NCBI GenBank assembly: GCA_963749655.1
Contig: CAVVOB010000020.1
Location: 64,001 to 128,000 of the forward strand
From: Nitrospirota bacterium
GTDB lineage: Bacteria > Nitrospirota > UBA9217
Direction of reading: 5' to 3'
Length of the DNA stretch: 64,000 nucleotides
The notes beneath the pieces were generated by a model, which was not told the origin of the DNA, ran no database searches, and saw only the letters and a program-made list of their open reading frames with translations. Of this stretch, positions 39,068 to 49,708 are shown one piece after another. Position numbers and translations under genes: made by a program. Each line of letters opens with the position of its first letter. Within the stretch, counting starts at the first letter, position 1.

Positions 39068-40068
39068 GATCCGCTCCTTTCGAGCTTTCGGCCCTGCTCC
39101 CGGCGAAGAATTCCCCAGAGGAATCCCGACCCGAGTGAGGCGGCCCTGATCGAAAGGAAGAACGGAGAAAGGAGACCCACGACCGGGTCGCGTCTGAGCG
39201 CCAGGAGAGCAAAAGGGGCCATCGTGAGGCAGTAGAAAATTACGGCTGCTGTAAGAGGATATGCGAAGGCGCCGGGCCACAGCGAGAACGCCGGCACCAT
39301 GGCGAAGCAGAGGAAGAGAAAGAGGATCTGGAGCTTGAGGGTCTGGGGCGTGTAGGAGTCTTTCATCATCTTGTCCGGATACCTGCGGTAGACCACCATC
39401 CGCCAGTAGCCGCGGGAAAATTTGAGGCGGGCATAACGTGCTACCGTCGCCGGATGGTTCAGGTGACAGACGACGGCAGCAGGATTGAAGACCATCTTCC
39501 GGCCCATGCGCGAGAGCTTGTAGGAGAGTTCGGTGTCCTCGTTGTTCGCAACGGGAAAGGATTCGTCGAACCCGCCGACGCTGTGAAAGACCTCGCGCCG
39601 ATAGGCCGCTGAATAGGTGTCCACCATGTCGATGGAGGGGGCGTGTTTCAGCATCTCGAAGCGCTCCTCGAACTCGACCTGGGCGAAACGGGCCGTGAGG
39701 GAGTGCTGGTTCGTCCGGTAGGCGCCTTTGACCGCGACCACCTCGGGGTCAACAAAGGGCCTCGTCATCTCGGCGATCCAGTCGTGAGCGGGGACGCAGT
39801 CCGAATCGGTGAACAGGATGATCTCCCCGTGTGCTTCGCGGCTGCCGTGGTTTCGCGCTGCGGCAGGTCCTCTGTTCGCCTGGTGAAAATAGCGGACGGG
39901 AAACGTCTTCACGATCTCCGCGGTGTTGTCAATTGATCCGTCGTCCACGACGAGGACCTCGTACTGCGATGCAGCGATCGACTGGCGGGTGAGCGCCTGC
40001 AGGCACTGCGTCACGGTCTTGCCGGCATTGTACGCCGGTACGATCACGGAATAGCGGACAGCGGTCAT
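39064..40068 (-). CDS. glycosyltransferase family 2 with C-terminal TM segments
   Basis: SVIVPAYN, VVDDGS, GPAAARN, FTDSDC, NEDTELS. Confidence 0.92.
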   Translation of the reverse strand: MTAVRYSVIVPAYNAGKTVTQCLQALTRQSIAASQYEVLVVDDGSIDNTAEIVKTFPVRYFHQANRGPAAARNHGSREAHGEIILFTDSDCVPAHDWIAEMTRPFVDPEVVAVKGAYRTNQHSLTARFAQVEFEERFEMLKHAPSIDMVDTYSAAYRREVFHSVGGFDESFPVANNEDTELSYKLSRMGRKMVFNPAAVVCHLNHPATVARYARLKFSRGYWRMVVYRRYPDKMMKDSYTPQTLKLQILFLFLCFAMVPAFSLWPGAFAYPLTAAVIFYCLTMAPFALLALRRDPVVGLLSPFFLSIRAASLGSGFLWGILRREQGRKLERSGS

Positions 40069-41565
40069 GCTTTCTGCCTCACGAACAGTTCTTGCACGAT
40101 CCGTCGGATTTCGTCACATCCGAGCCCTTGATCAGATACTTCAAGAAGGTCCGGGCCGACTTGACGGTCCGTCTTCATCTCCGCGGGGTCCTTGAGCGCC
40201 TGCTTCAGCTTGTACCACACGTAGCCGGGCCTCAGGTAGAACTCCCTGCGCGCGTGATCGCAGAACCGGACGAGGTCTTCCGACGTAAGCGCTTCGGTCC
40301 GAACCACGGTGTTGTGGAGCCCCGCCGGGGTGATCCACTGGGAGAAGTCCTTGGTCGTGATCAGCCCGCGCTCCTGGTACCAGCGGTAGGCCGCGGTGCC
40401 GGGATAGACCATGATGGGGTAGAACTGGACCGTGTCCGGGCTCAGTCGCTTCGCGAGCTCCAGGGTCTGCTCCATGGTCTCCCGCGTCTCGCCGGGATGG
40501 CCCACCATGAAGCAGCCGTGGACCAGGATGCCCGCCTTCTTCGCGTCCGCCACGAACTGCGGCATGCGGTCGACGGTGATCTTTTTCTTGATGTTCTCGA
40601 GCAGCATCGGGCTTCCGCTCTCGAAGCCCACGCACATGCACCGGCAGCCGGCGGCCTTCATGATCTTCATGGTCTCGTAATCGAGGTCCGCCCGGGCATT
40701 GATGGTCCAGGAAATTTTTATATTGCGCCTGATGATCTCCTCGGAGATCTCGATGCAGCGTTTTTTGATCGCCGCAAAGGTGTCGTCCTCGAAGAACACG
40801 GACTTCACGCCCGGGAAGTTCTTGATGATGTACTCCACCTCATCCACCACGTTCTTGACGCTCCGCAGCCGCACGCGGTGGCCCATCATGGTCTGGGGGT
40901 AGACGCAGAAGATGCACTGGAAGGGGCAGCCCCGGCTCGTGGTGATCGTCACCATGGGGAAGAGGGCATTGGGGTTGAAGTACTTTTCGAAGTTCAGGAA
41001 CTTCCTGTACATGGCGCTCACGAAGGGGATCCGGTCCAGGTCCTCGATGGGCGGGCGGGCAGCGGTCGCGATCGACGCCTCCGTTTTGGCGCAGCATCAG
41101 GCCCGCCACCGCGCCGGGTGCGCCCTTTTTCGCGAGCGTATCAGCGAGCTCGAGCAGGGTGTCGTCGTATTCGCCGCGGGCGACGGCGTCCACCTTGTCG
41201 CTGATCTTGAGCGTTTCCTCGGGCAGGGCCGAAACGTGGGTGCCGACGAGCACCACGAAGGACGCGGGAAAGGCATCCTTGAGCGCGGCGGCGACGCTCA
41301 CGTCGTTGGCGATGCTCGGCGTGCTCGTGTCCACCACGATCAGGCCGGGCTGGAACTTCTTCGCCCGCTCCATGACGTAATCGAGATCGCGGTCGTCGGC
41401 AGGCGCGTCGATCAGGTCCACGGGGTGCCCTTTGCTTTCGAGCAGGCCCGCTGCGGAGGCGAGCCACATGGGGAAGTAGAGCGTGCCGCTCTTGGTCACT
41501 GCGGGGCTCCGCTGGGAACGGGAGAAATTTTTCAAAAACGGCGGATTCAGGAAGAGTACGTTCAT
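40065..41565 (-). CDS. B12-binding radical SAM protein (HpnJ-like N-terminus); apparent frameshifts
   Basis: LFLNPP...YFPMWLA, VGTHVS, RGCPFQCIFC, FEDDTF, GFESG. Confidence 0.88.
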
Positions 41566-42800
41566 TCGGTGACCTTTCGTGTTATGGCGTCGTATTGTTT
41601 TAACTGGTCTGCCAGAAATCCGAGCGTGCCGCGAAATTCGATGGCCCGGGTCGGGCAGACGAGAAAGCAGTATTGGCAGGCGATGCAGTTTTTGTCGGTG
41701 AGCCCTGCGGGAAGGTCGAGGCCGATCGGGCAATAGTCCTTGCACCGCGTGCAGCCGGTCCTGCATTTGTCGGCGTGGAAGCGGAAGCCCTCGAACTGCA
41801 TCTCGCTGGGAATGAAATTGTCCTGCCGCAGGCCGGACCGGAACAGGAGATAGCCGAAGGCCCTGGTGGAGGCCAGGTAGGTGAAGAACCGCGTGTTGCG
41901 GACGGCGAGAAAATACTTCTGCCGCTTGGGGCTGTGCACGAACGCCGCCAGCGGGTTCGCGACCGGTTTTTTGAACGTCCTGGCTATCCCTTCCACGTCA
42001 AGACTGTCCACGTAGGCCTTGTGCTCGTTGGTAAGGAGCCCCGCCTCCTCGGCGTAACTGAGCGTGCGCACGTTGCGGTAGTCGAACCGGGCCGCCTTGG
42101 CGCAGGCAAGGTCGATCAAATAGGGGTCCGTGCCGACCATGATGAAGCCCGTGTTCACCGGCGTGCCGCGCGTGGGACCCAGGCCTTCCATGGAGATCAG
42201 GCCGTCGACGATGTGCAGGTGCGGCTTGAGCGCGCGGTTGATGTTCACGATGTTCCGCGCCAGGCTCTGGTGCACTTTTTTCTTGTTCTCCTGCCCGACG
42301 AGGCATCCCATCAGGTTCTTGAGACAGACACTCATGCCGTTCTCGAAGTGGGTCTTCACCTTGGGCAGGTTTATCAGGAGGGCTGCGTCCGCGCACTCCC
42401 GCGCGATGCCGGCCGTGATGCCGTCCTCAAAGGGGACCTGCACGCGCTCGGAATAGTTCAGGTCCCTGACGCTGACGCCGTAGAAACGGGCAAGCTTGTC
42501 CACCACGAGCCGGGAGATGACGTTGATGTTGCTGCGGTAAAAGCCGCTGTTCGTTCCCTCGCCGACGGTGATGTTGCCGTACCCCTCGTCCTTCAGGAAC
42601 TCGATGACCGCGCCGAGCAGCCGCAGGTCCGTCGTATTCCCGGTCAGGGCGTTCATGTTGCTGTTGAGGTTCGGCTTCAGGAGAATAGGCGCCTGCTTGT
42701 CGCGCGGCAGCAGGTCGCGGTAGCCCCGGCCGAGCGTTTCCCTGACGCCGGCCCTGATCTCGGCCGTCTTCTTTGCCCGGATGATGTCAAGTCTGAACAT
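41562..42800 (-). CDS. DUF362 domain protein with C-terminal 2x[4Fe-4S] ferredoxin
   Basis: LLKPNL, INLPKVKTH, LKNLMG, MEGLGP..G; CRTGCTRC..YCP and CIACQYC..VCP. Confidence 0.85.
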   Translation of the reverse strand: MFRLDIIRAKKTAEIRAGVRETLGRGYRDLLPRDKQAPILLKPNLNSNMNALTGNTTDLRLLGAVIEFLKDEGYGNITVGEGTNSGFYRSNINVISRLVVDKLARFYGVSVRDLNYSERVQVPFEDGITAGIARECADAALLINLPKVKTHFENGMSVCLKNLMGCLVGQENKKKVHQSLARNIVNINRALKPHLHIVDGLISMEGLGPTRGTPVNTGFIMVGTDPYLIDLACAKAARFDYRNVRTLSYAEEAGLLTNEHKAYVDSLDVEGIARTFKKPVANPLAAFVHSPKRQKYFLAVRNTRFFTYLASTRAFGYLLFRSGLRQDNFIPSEMQFEGFRFHADKCRTGCTRCKDYCPIGLDLPAGLTDKNCIACQYCFLVCPTRAIEFRGTLGFLADQLKQYDAITRKVTE

Positions 42801-43948
42801 GGATAGCCTTGCTCCTTGTGATGATGTCCGCCACCGCCCGGAACGCGTCGTCCACGGTGAGGTCCTGCATGCAGGCGTTGTGCCGCTCGAACGTGCAGCT
42901 GCTCTCGTCGCAGGTGGTGCGGCAGGGAAAGTCCTTTTCCACGACGCAGTGGCCTTCGCCGTACGGGCCGGTCTCGATGCTCTTGGACGGGCCGAAGAGC
43001 GCCACGGTCGGCGTCTTCATGGCCGCGGCGATGTGCATGGGCCCGCTGTCGTTGCAGATGAACACCGACGCCCTGGCGAGAACGCCCGCCATCTCGCGCA
43101 GGTTCAGGAGGCCGGCGAGGGAGATCGGGCTGTACTGCATTCCCCGGATCATTTCCTCCACGACCGCCCTTTCGTCAGGCGCGCCGAACATCACGCACCG
43201 GCAGCTTCAACCGGTCGGCAAGGGCGTCGGCCAGTTCGCCGTATCGCGCCATCGGCCACCGCTTGAGCGCAAGCCTGCTGCCGGGGTGCATCGCGATGAA
43301 CGGCGGCTTGAAGCCGTATTTCGACAGGACCCCCTCGACGCGCCGCTTCTCCGCATCGGTCAGGTAGACGCCCCATTCGAGGTCAGTGCCGCGGTATCCG
43401 AGGTAGCGGGCGATGTCGAGATGATATTCGACCTTGTGCTTCAAACCGGGATAGGGGACGCGGTGGGTCAGCAGATAGCCGCCTCCGCCCACGTTGTAGC
43501 TCACCCGATAGTGCGCCTTGATGCGCCAGGCGAGAAGCAGGATGTCCCTGATGTCGCCCCGCGCTTCGATCACGAGGTCGAAGGTCCGCGTCTTCATGTC
43601 CCTGATGAATTTTCCGTACCCCGCCATCGGGGAGGGATAGAACCAGAAGGGGCTGTAGGGAATCACTTCGTCCACATAAGGATTGTTCTTCAGCACGTCG
43701 ACCGCGCCGTTTGCCGTCAGGAACGATATCCGCGCGCCCGGAAAGAGCTCCTTCAACGGTTTCAGGACCGGCAGGGTCATGACCACGTCGCCGATGTAGG
43801 CGGTGCGGATCACGAGGATGCTGCGGACCTCCTCGGGCCTGATCTTCTCCGTCTTCCGGAAGAGCCGCGGCAGGGCAAAGAGCAGATGGCCGAGAACATC
43901 AGCGGCGGCGGTCGCTACGAGCTTCTTTTTGTTTATGATCTTGTACAT
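42787..43948 (-). CDS. glycosyltransferase family 9 (heptosyltransferase-like); frameshift near 43190
   Basis: IGDVVMTLP, HPGS....KRWP, NDSGPMHIAAA..TPTVALFGP. Confidence 0.9.
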
Positions 43949-44793
43949 GGTTTCGCCACATCGAGCAGATATTCGAGGATCCTTGCCTTCCGGTCGCTTG
44001 CCCGGGGGACCCAGTGGAAGGCCTCGGGCTGTTTCTCATCGACATAGGTGTTCCCGGGATTCTCATTGCATTTCGTCCACGCCGCCTTGCCGCGCGTCGC
44101 CAGGTTCAGGAGTTCCGCTGCATGGCCCTTGTAAGCGCCCTGCATGTGGTCCTCCTCGCCCTGGTAGCGGAAGTACCCGCAGGGCACCGCGCCGATGAAG
44201 CGGGAAGGTTCCCGATCACGCCAGAAGCCGTCGTTGGACGTCGGGAAGCCCTTGAGCGGCTTGTGCGTGTCGTTCTTCGTGATGTTGAACCTGTTCGAAG
44301 GGCCCTCCCAGTCGAAAAGGTACTGAACCGGCAGCGGGAAGCGCGCCAGGGCGCCTGCGGCAATAGCTATCCCGATCGAGAACGAGAGAATCCCGATGTT
44401 GCCGGCATCGACGGAAACGGACCCGGACATATGCTCGACCACGGCTGCAAGCTCCTCCTGGTGCCGGGGACCCCAGAAATCTTCTTCACCGCCGGTCCTT
44501 CCCCTCCCCAGGGGGTCATAGTGAAGAACGGCGAACCCCAGCGCGGCGACATCGTCGGCCGTGACTTCCGTGTCTCCGTCATAATCCGTCCCCGAGCTGC
44601 CTCCTCCGGGCACGAACACGATGCCCGGATATCTGCCCGGAGAAACGGGGCGGTGCAGGTGGGCGTAGATCTTCGGTCCGCGTTGACGGTCGATCCAGAC
44701 TTGGTCGAACGTCGTTGCAGCGATGGAATATCCCGGCATGCCCTCGAAAACATGGGGTCTGGTCCGGCGGAAGAATCGCTGGAGGAACTTCAT
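43933..44793 (-). CDS. alpha/beta hydrolase-fold protein
   Basis: YPGIVFVPGG, GFAVLHYDP.GRG.T.G, SFSIG. Confidence 0.7.
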   Translation of the reverse strand: MKFLQRFFRRTRPHVFEGMPGYSIAATTFDQVWIDRQRGPKIYAHLHRPVSPGRYPGIVFVPGGGSSGTDYDGDTEVTADDVAALGFAVLHYDPLGRGRTGGEEDFWGPRHQEELAAVVEHMSGSVSVDAGNIGILSFSIGIAIAAGALARFPLPVQYLFDWEGPSNRFNITKNDTHKPLKGFPTSNDGFWRDREPSRFIGAVPCGYFRYQGEEDHMQGAYKGHAAELLNLATRGKAAWTKCNENPGNTYVDEKQPEAFHWVPRASDRKARILEYLLDVAKPCTRS

Positions 44794-44809
44794 GATTCTT
44801 GCTGTCCTT

Positions 44810-45811
44810 TTATTCCCGTGAGCTCCGCACCTGCTTTCCTTGTGCGCGCATCGGCGGGGGGGGAGGTGCGGGTTTGCTCTGCGGCCCTTCGATCAGGCAG
44901 CCTGTGCAGAGGCGGTCAAGAAAATGCATCCACCCCGGGAATCCGGTTATCCGCTGCTCCAGTCTCCTGACGAATTGTGCCGTAATATCCCTCGCCCTTT
45001 CTTCACCGCTGCCGGACGATGTCAGCGGGCGCTCGATAATGATCCGATAGGTTTTTTTTTCACCGGGAACGATGAACAACGGCAGGATCTGAGCGCCCGT
45101 TTTGCCGGCAAGGATGGCGGGGCCGAGGGGGAAGGAGACCTTCTTGTCGAAGAACGGGAAGGTCTCGTGCTTTCCGACCTTGGTTTCCGTGCCGCTTCCG
45201 TCGCCGGTTATCATGATGACCCCGTTGCCCTTGAGCCAGCGGAAGGCGGAGCGCAGGAAACCATCGGCCATGATGATCTCCGCGGGCATTTTCGCCTCAT
45301 AGCTCATGCGCAGCCGGAACGCTACGTTCCTGCCGATCCAGCTCAGTCCCTCGTCGGTCGGCAGGCCTATCTGCTTCATGGGAAAGCCGAGCCGTGCGAG
45401 GGCAACCAGGGGCAGATGAACCGGCCCGAAATGGCCGTGAACCAGGATCGCCCCCTTGCCGCCTTGAAGCGCATCCCGTAAATACCCCAGGTTCTCGATC
45501 TCGGCGAACCGCTCCGTCTCGCCGACGCCGAACCTGGGAAAAATGAAGATCAGGAGGTGGTCCACGTAATGATTCCGGAAGTACTGCCGCACTGCGTCCT
45601 CAGCCTCCCGTGGGGCCAGGGTCGGAAGCATGAGACCCAGGTTTTCGCGGAGACGCTTCCTTGATCCCCGGGCCGCGGTGTAGTGCAGGTCGCCCATCAA
45701 CGAAAGGAGGCCGATGCCCCAGCGGACGGGAATGATCGTCAGCACCCACCTGAGGGGATACCACACGAGCAGACGAAGCATGTCCCGGGCAAAACTTTCA
45801 CGTACCTGCAT
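44810..45811 (-). CDS. lysophospholipid acyltransferase (LpxL/HtrB-like)
   Basis: GKGAILVHGHFG, ITGDG, FPLGPA.LA.KTGA.ILP.F. Confidence 0.82.
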   Translation of the reverse strand: MQVRESFARDMLRLLVWYPLRWVLTIIPVRWGIGLLSLMGDLHYTAARGSRKRLRENLGLMLPTLAPREAEDAVRQYFRNHYVDHLLIFIFPRFGVGETERFAEIENLGYLRDALQGGKGAILVHGHFGPVHLPLVALARLGFPMKQIGLPTDEGLSWIGRNVAFRLRMSYEAKMPAEIIMADGFLRSAFRWLKGNGVIMITGDGSGTETKVGKHETFPFFDKKVSFPLGPAILAGKTGAQILPLFIVPGEKKTYRIIIERPLTSSGSGEERARDITAQFVRRLEQRITGFPGWMHFLDRLCTGCLIEGPQSKPAPPPPPMRAQGKQVRSSRE

Positions 45812-45976
45812 TGCTGTTCACCGCCTTGTAACGACCTGACCACAAAGCTGCCTGCCGATAGAAATGCCGGACGGCCGCAGCGAGACTTCGCTGCTTGCCG
45901 TCCCTTGAGCGCGGAGCAGCGGCAGCTTTTTTGAAATGCTGCAACTGCGCGGATCGATGCTGCAGGCCCGCTCCGG

Positions 45977-46135
45977 CTAAAAGAGCGTATAGATGAACGG
46001 CGCGATGGCCGAACCCGACGTAAAGACGATCAGGGCGCTCAGCAGGAGGAGAAAGAGAATGATGGGAAGGAGCCACCATTTTTTTCTCACTTTCAGGAAA
46101 TCCCATATCTCGCGCAGTATCGACAGTTTGCCCAT
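45977..46135 (-). CDS. SxtK-like (DUF5989) small membrane protein
   Basis: W.FLK.RKKWWLLPII...SAIAPFIYTLF signature. Confidence 0.88.
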   Translation of the reverse strand: MGKLSILREIWDFLKVRKKWWLLPIILFLLLLSALIVFTSGSAIAPFIYTLF

Positions 46136-46145
46136 AAGCCCCCCC

Positions 46146-46568
46146 CTAAAATTGCTTTTTATACTGTTCCCGGTCGTTGACCGCGGCATGGCTTTTCCAG
46201 TAGGTTGCAGAGCCTTTCTGGAGTTTTTTATCCAGCAGGTCCTTGCCCATGGCCCGGAGCACTATTCCCAGGGGCGTCATGATCAGCGAAAAAGCCGCCG
46301 TCAGGACAACCCTGGTCATGACCCAGCCCATGACGAACGCAAGGCCCATCCACAGGCGAAAAAACCGGCTCAGCGCCGTGGGGACCAGCAGTCCTGCCAG
46401 GAGAAATCCCGCGCTTCCCGCAACAGACCACTTCCATCCCGGATTGCCCTTCCAGTACATGACGCCGGCGGCCAGGGCGAAAACAACGCAAAAAAGCAGC
46501 CCAAAATCGCGTAATGCCTTGCGCGTCACGGCCAGGCCGGTTATTTCCTTTTTAATCTCCGCAAGCAT
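46146..46568 (-). CDS. SxtJ family membrane protein
   Basis: LR.FGL...WM.LA..MGWV.TRVVL......TPLG...R..GKD.L...YW. Confidence 0.88.
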   Translation of the reverse strand: MLAEIKKEITGLAVTRKALRDFGLLFCVVFALAAGVMYWKGNPGWKWSVAGSAGFLLAGLLVPTALSRFFRLWMGLAFVMGWVMTRVVLTAAFSLIMTPLGIVLRAMGKDLLDKKLQKGSATYWKSHAAVNDREQYKKQF

Positions 46569-46575
46569 GTTCACC

Positions 46576-48396
46576 TCAATCCAATTCGAATTCCCGCCGC
46601 CAGTCGGAGTCATCCTTCAGCTCCGGCTGCTTCGTCTTGTCCAGGACATAGGAGCCCATGACCAGGTAATCCATGTGCGTTCTCATAAAGCACCGGTAGG
46701 CGTCTTCGGGTGTGCAGACTATCGGCTCCCCCCGCACATTGAACGACGTATTGATAATGACGGGACATCCTGTCTTCCCGTAAAATTCTTCCAGCATCGA
46801 ATGGTAGAGCGGGTTTGTTTCCTTATGTACGGTCTGGATGCGGGCTGAATAGTCGACATGCGTAACGGCGGGGATGACGCTGCGCCGGATGTTCAGTTTG
46901 TCGATCCCGAAGAGCCGTTCTTCCTCCGCGGTCATCTGCCGCTGCTTGTCTTTTGTTACGTCAGCGACCAGCAGCATGTACGGGCTTGCGCGGTCAATGT
47001 CAAAATAGTCAGAGACCTTTTCAGCCAGCACCGACGGCGCGAAGGGCCTGAACGATTCCCGGAACTTGATCTTCAGGTTCATCTGGGCCTGCATCGTGGG
47101 AGAGCGCGCGTCGCCGATGATGCTCCTGGCGCCCAGCGCCCGGGGGCCGAATTCCATGCGTCCCTGGAACCACCCGAGGACCTTGCCCTGCTGCAACAGG
47201 TCGGCGGTGACGGCCGGTATCCGCTCTTCGGGATGTTTTTCAAAGGGAATCGCTTTCGATTTCAGGAACTCTTCGATTGTCTCGTCCGGGAAGACCGGCC
47301 CCAGATAGGAGCCCCGCTGAGAGTCCCTGCCCGGAACCACGGTCCTCGCATGGCCCAGCACGCGGTGCCAGGCAAAGAGGGCCGCACCCAGAGCGCCACC
47401 GGCATCGCCCGCCGCGGGCTGGATCCAGATGTCGTCGAAGATGCCTTCGCGCAGGATCTTCCCGTTTGCAACGCAGTTGAGGGCGACGCCCCCGGCGAGG
47501 CACAGATATTTCCGTCCTGTTTCCTTCCTGACGTGGCGGGCGATCCTGAGCATGATCTCCTCGGTCACCTGCTGCACCGAGGCGGCCAGGTCCATCTCGC
47601 GCTGCGTCAGCCGGCCTTCCGGCTTGCGCGGCTCGCCTCCGAACAGATCATGAAAACGCCCGTTGGTCATCGTGAGGCCGGCGCAATAATTGAAATATTC
47701 CATGTTCAACTTGAACGACCCGTCGCTCTTGAGATCGAGGAGGCGGTCAAATATCAGATTCGCATACTTCGGCCGCCCATAGGGGGCCAGCCCCATGACC
47801 TTGTACTCTCCGGAATTGACCTTAAACCCCGTGTAGTAGGTGAAGGCCGAGTACAGCAAACCCAGTGAGTGCGGGAAATGGAGTTCGTGACGGATGTCGA
47901 GCTCGGAGCCCTTACCGGTGCCCCAGCTCGTTGTCGTCCATTCCCCCGCGCCGTCGATCGTCAGGAAAGCGGCCTCTTCGAACGGGGAAGGGTAGAACGC
48001 GGAAGCCGCATGGGACTCGTGGTGCTCCGGGAACAGGAGCGTCCCCTGGAATCCCTGCAGCTCCTTCTTGATCTGCTCGGACATCCATAATTTTTCTTTC
48101 AACCAGAGCGGCGTGGACATCAGGAAGGACCTTATTCCCGAGGGGGCGTAGGCCAGCTGCGTCTCCAGGATGCGCTCGAATTTGATCAGGGGCTTCTCGT
48201 AAAAGACGGCATAGTCCAGGCCTTCGATAGAGATGCCCCCTGCGCGCAGACAGTACGCCACGGCATGCCGGGGAAAGTCGGCGTCGTGCTTCTTCCGGGT
48301 GAACCGCTCTTCCTGCGCCGCGGCAACAATTTCGCCGTCGCGGACAAGGCAGGCAGCGCTGTCATGATAATATGCGGAAATGCCGAGGATGTTCAT
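46576..48396 (-). CDS. carbamoyltransferase (NodU/CmcH/SxtI family)
   Basis: ILGISAYYHDSAA, EERFTRKKH, HHESHAASA, GEYKVMGLA, EFGPRALG, FRPFAP, NTSFNVRGEP. Confidence 0.95.
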   Translation of the reverse strand: MNILGISAYYHDSAACLVRDGEIVAAAQEERFTRKKHDADFPRHAVAYCLRAGGISIEGLDYAVFYEKPLIKFERILETQLAYAPSGIRSFLMSTPLWLKEKLWMSEQIKKELQGFQGTLLFPEHHESHAASAFYPSPFEEAAFLTIDGAGEWTTTSWGTGKGSELDIRHELHFPHSLGLLYSAFTYYTGFKVNSGEYKVMGLAPYGRPKYANLIFDRLLDLKSDGSFKLNMEYFNYCAGLTMTNGRFHDLFGGEPRKPEGRLTQREMDLAASVQQVTEEIMLRIARHVRKETGRKYLCLAGGVALNCVANGKILREGIFDDIWIQPAAGDAGGALGAALFAWHRVLGHARTVVPGRDSQRGSYLGPVFPDETIEEFLKSKAIPFEKHPEERIPAVTADLLQQGKVLGWFQGRMEFGPRALGARSIIGDARSPTMQAQMNLKIKFRESFRPFAPSVLAEKVSDYFDIDRASPYMLLVADVTKDKQRQMTAEEERLFGIDKLNIRRSVIPAVTHVDYSARIQTVHKETNPLYHSMLEEFYGKTGCPVIINTSFNVRGEPIVCTPEDAYRCFMRTHMDYLVMGSYVLDKTKQPELKDDSDWRREFELD

Positions 48397-48435
48397 TCTA
48401 GACTCCCTGATACGTGCAAATGCCTTTCGATGCCG

Positions 48436-49485
48436 CTACTGCGCGCCGGTTTTCATATACCGGTAGATAGTTTCAGCCGCCAGTCTGTGACCGTCCTTCG
48501 TCCAGTGAGGGTCTTCCCGAAAGTACAGCTGCGTCATTTTGCTGTTTCTGAATGCCGGCAGGAGTGGCAGCGTGGGAATCTTTTCCGTCTTGCCGAATTC
48601 CGTGAAAATGTCGGAAAACTTGGTCATGTTCCTGTTGAAAAAGTCGTCGTTGAAGGCATGCCCGAGCCCTTTTTTCTCCCATTCCGCTTTGCTTATTTCA
48701 AAACAGCTCGGGATGATCACCATGAGGGTTTTTGCCCCTGCTGTTTGATCGAGGTCGCGAATCCGGGACAAATAGTGCTTCGTTGTTTCGAGCGCACGGG
48801 CAAATTGAGGGCTGTGCTGGTCCTGGTATATTGCAAGAAGTTCTTTTCTGAAGTCCTTTTTGAACGTGTGATAAGAAAGTATCTGCAAACTCCTCAGGTA
48901 CGAGAGAAAATAGAAGTAGTTCTTGGACTTGGTTATCATGAGCGCAAAAGGAATGCCGTTCATGACGTCATCCACGTCATTGCTGTTGAGGCCCACAATG
49001 ACCATGTCCGGCTTGTATCGGGGAAGCAGCTCCTGAAGGTATAAATACTCCTGATCAGTGCCGTAGCCGTCGACGCCGGCATTGACGACTTCATATTTTT
49101 TTGAGCCCGCGCCCGCCGCGCTGCTGTTGAGCAAGGCCTCCAGAACTTTGGGAAATGTTTCCTCGCTGTTGACACCGCGGCCGAGAGTAAAAGAATCACC
49201 TACTACCAAAATGCGGAATGTCATGGCGTCCTTTGTCGCCTGGTATTCGTGATCCCGCAACCCCTCGGAATTAATCCTGACGTGCGAGTCGAATTCATTG
49301 GTCCGATGGTCCATTTCAAATTGAGGGACTAGCCGGTATCCCAGTTTATTGTCAGGCTGGTGCATGAGCCGCAATTTTACGCTGTTCGGCACGATCAGCC
49401 TGGTGACGCCTTCTGCCGCCAGAAAAAGAAAAATCAAGGTGCAAATCAAAACAAAAGCGTTGGTCAACCATCGCTTTATGGTCAT
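48436..49485 (-). CDS. SGNH/GDSL hydrolase family protein
   Basis: N-terminal TM, GDSFT, NAGVDGY, DPHW. Confidence 0.88.
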   Translation of the reverse strand: MTIKRWLTNAFVLICTLIFLFLAAEGVTRLIVPNSVKLRLMHQPDNKLGYRLVPQFEMDHRTNEFDSHVRINSEGLRDHEYQATKDAMTFRILVVGDSFTLGRGVNSEETFPKVLEALLNSSAAGAGSKKYEVVNAGVDGYGTDQEYLYLQELLPRYKPDMVIVGLNSNDVDDVMNGIPFALMITKSKNYFYFLSYLRSLQILSYHTFKKDFRKELLAIYQDQHSPQFARALETTKHYLSRIRDLDQTAGAKTLMVIIPSCFEISKAEWEKKGLGHAFNDDFFNRNMTKFSDIFTEFGKTEKIPTLPLLPAFRNSKMTQLYFREDPHWTKDGHRLAAETIYRYMKTGAQ

Positions 49486-49708
49486 CGGACCCCTCCCTGA
49501 AATGTGCCCGTTTGCGCAGTTCACTGCTCGCGTTCGAGCGAATCCCTTGTACGTGATGCAAACAGCCCGGAACCTGCCTCGTTTTATCCGCGCGCCCTCC
49601 GGTCTGCAACAGTTTCTGCAGTGCGGGTTTATTACTCTTTTTTGTCGTAAAACAATACCTACTGCCGGTTATCGGAGTTTCGCTTCAAGGGCTCTTTAAT
49701 AAATTTCA

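Noticed and set aside
40065-43948. Split radical SAM and GT9 genes
   Set aside because: Single-base indels with preserved start/stop coupling; probably sequencing error.
45977-48396. Saxitoxin biosynthesis
   Set aside because: Only sxtI/J/K-like families are present, without sxtA, sxtG or other core genes, and the context is polysaccharide.
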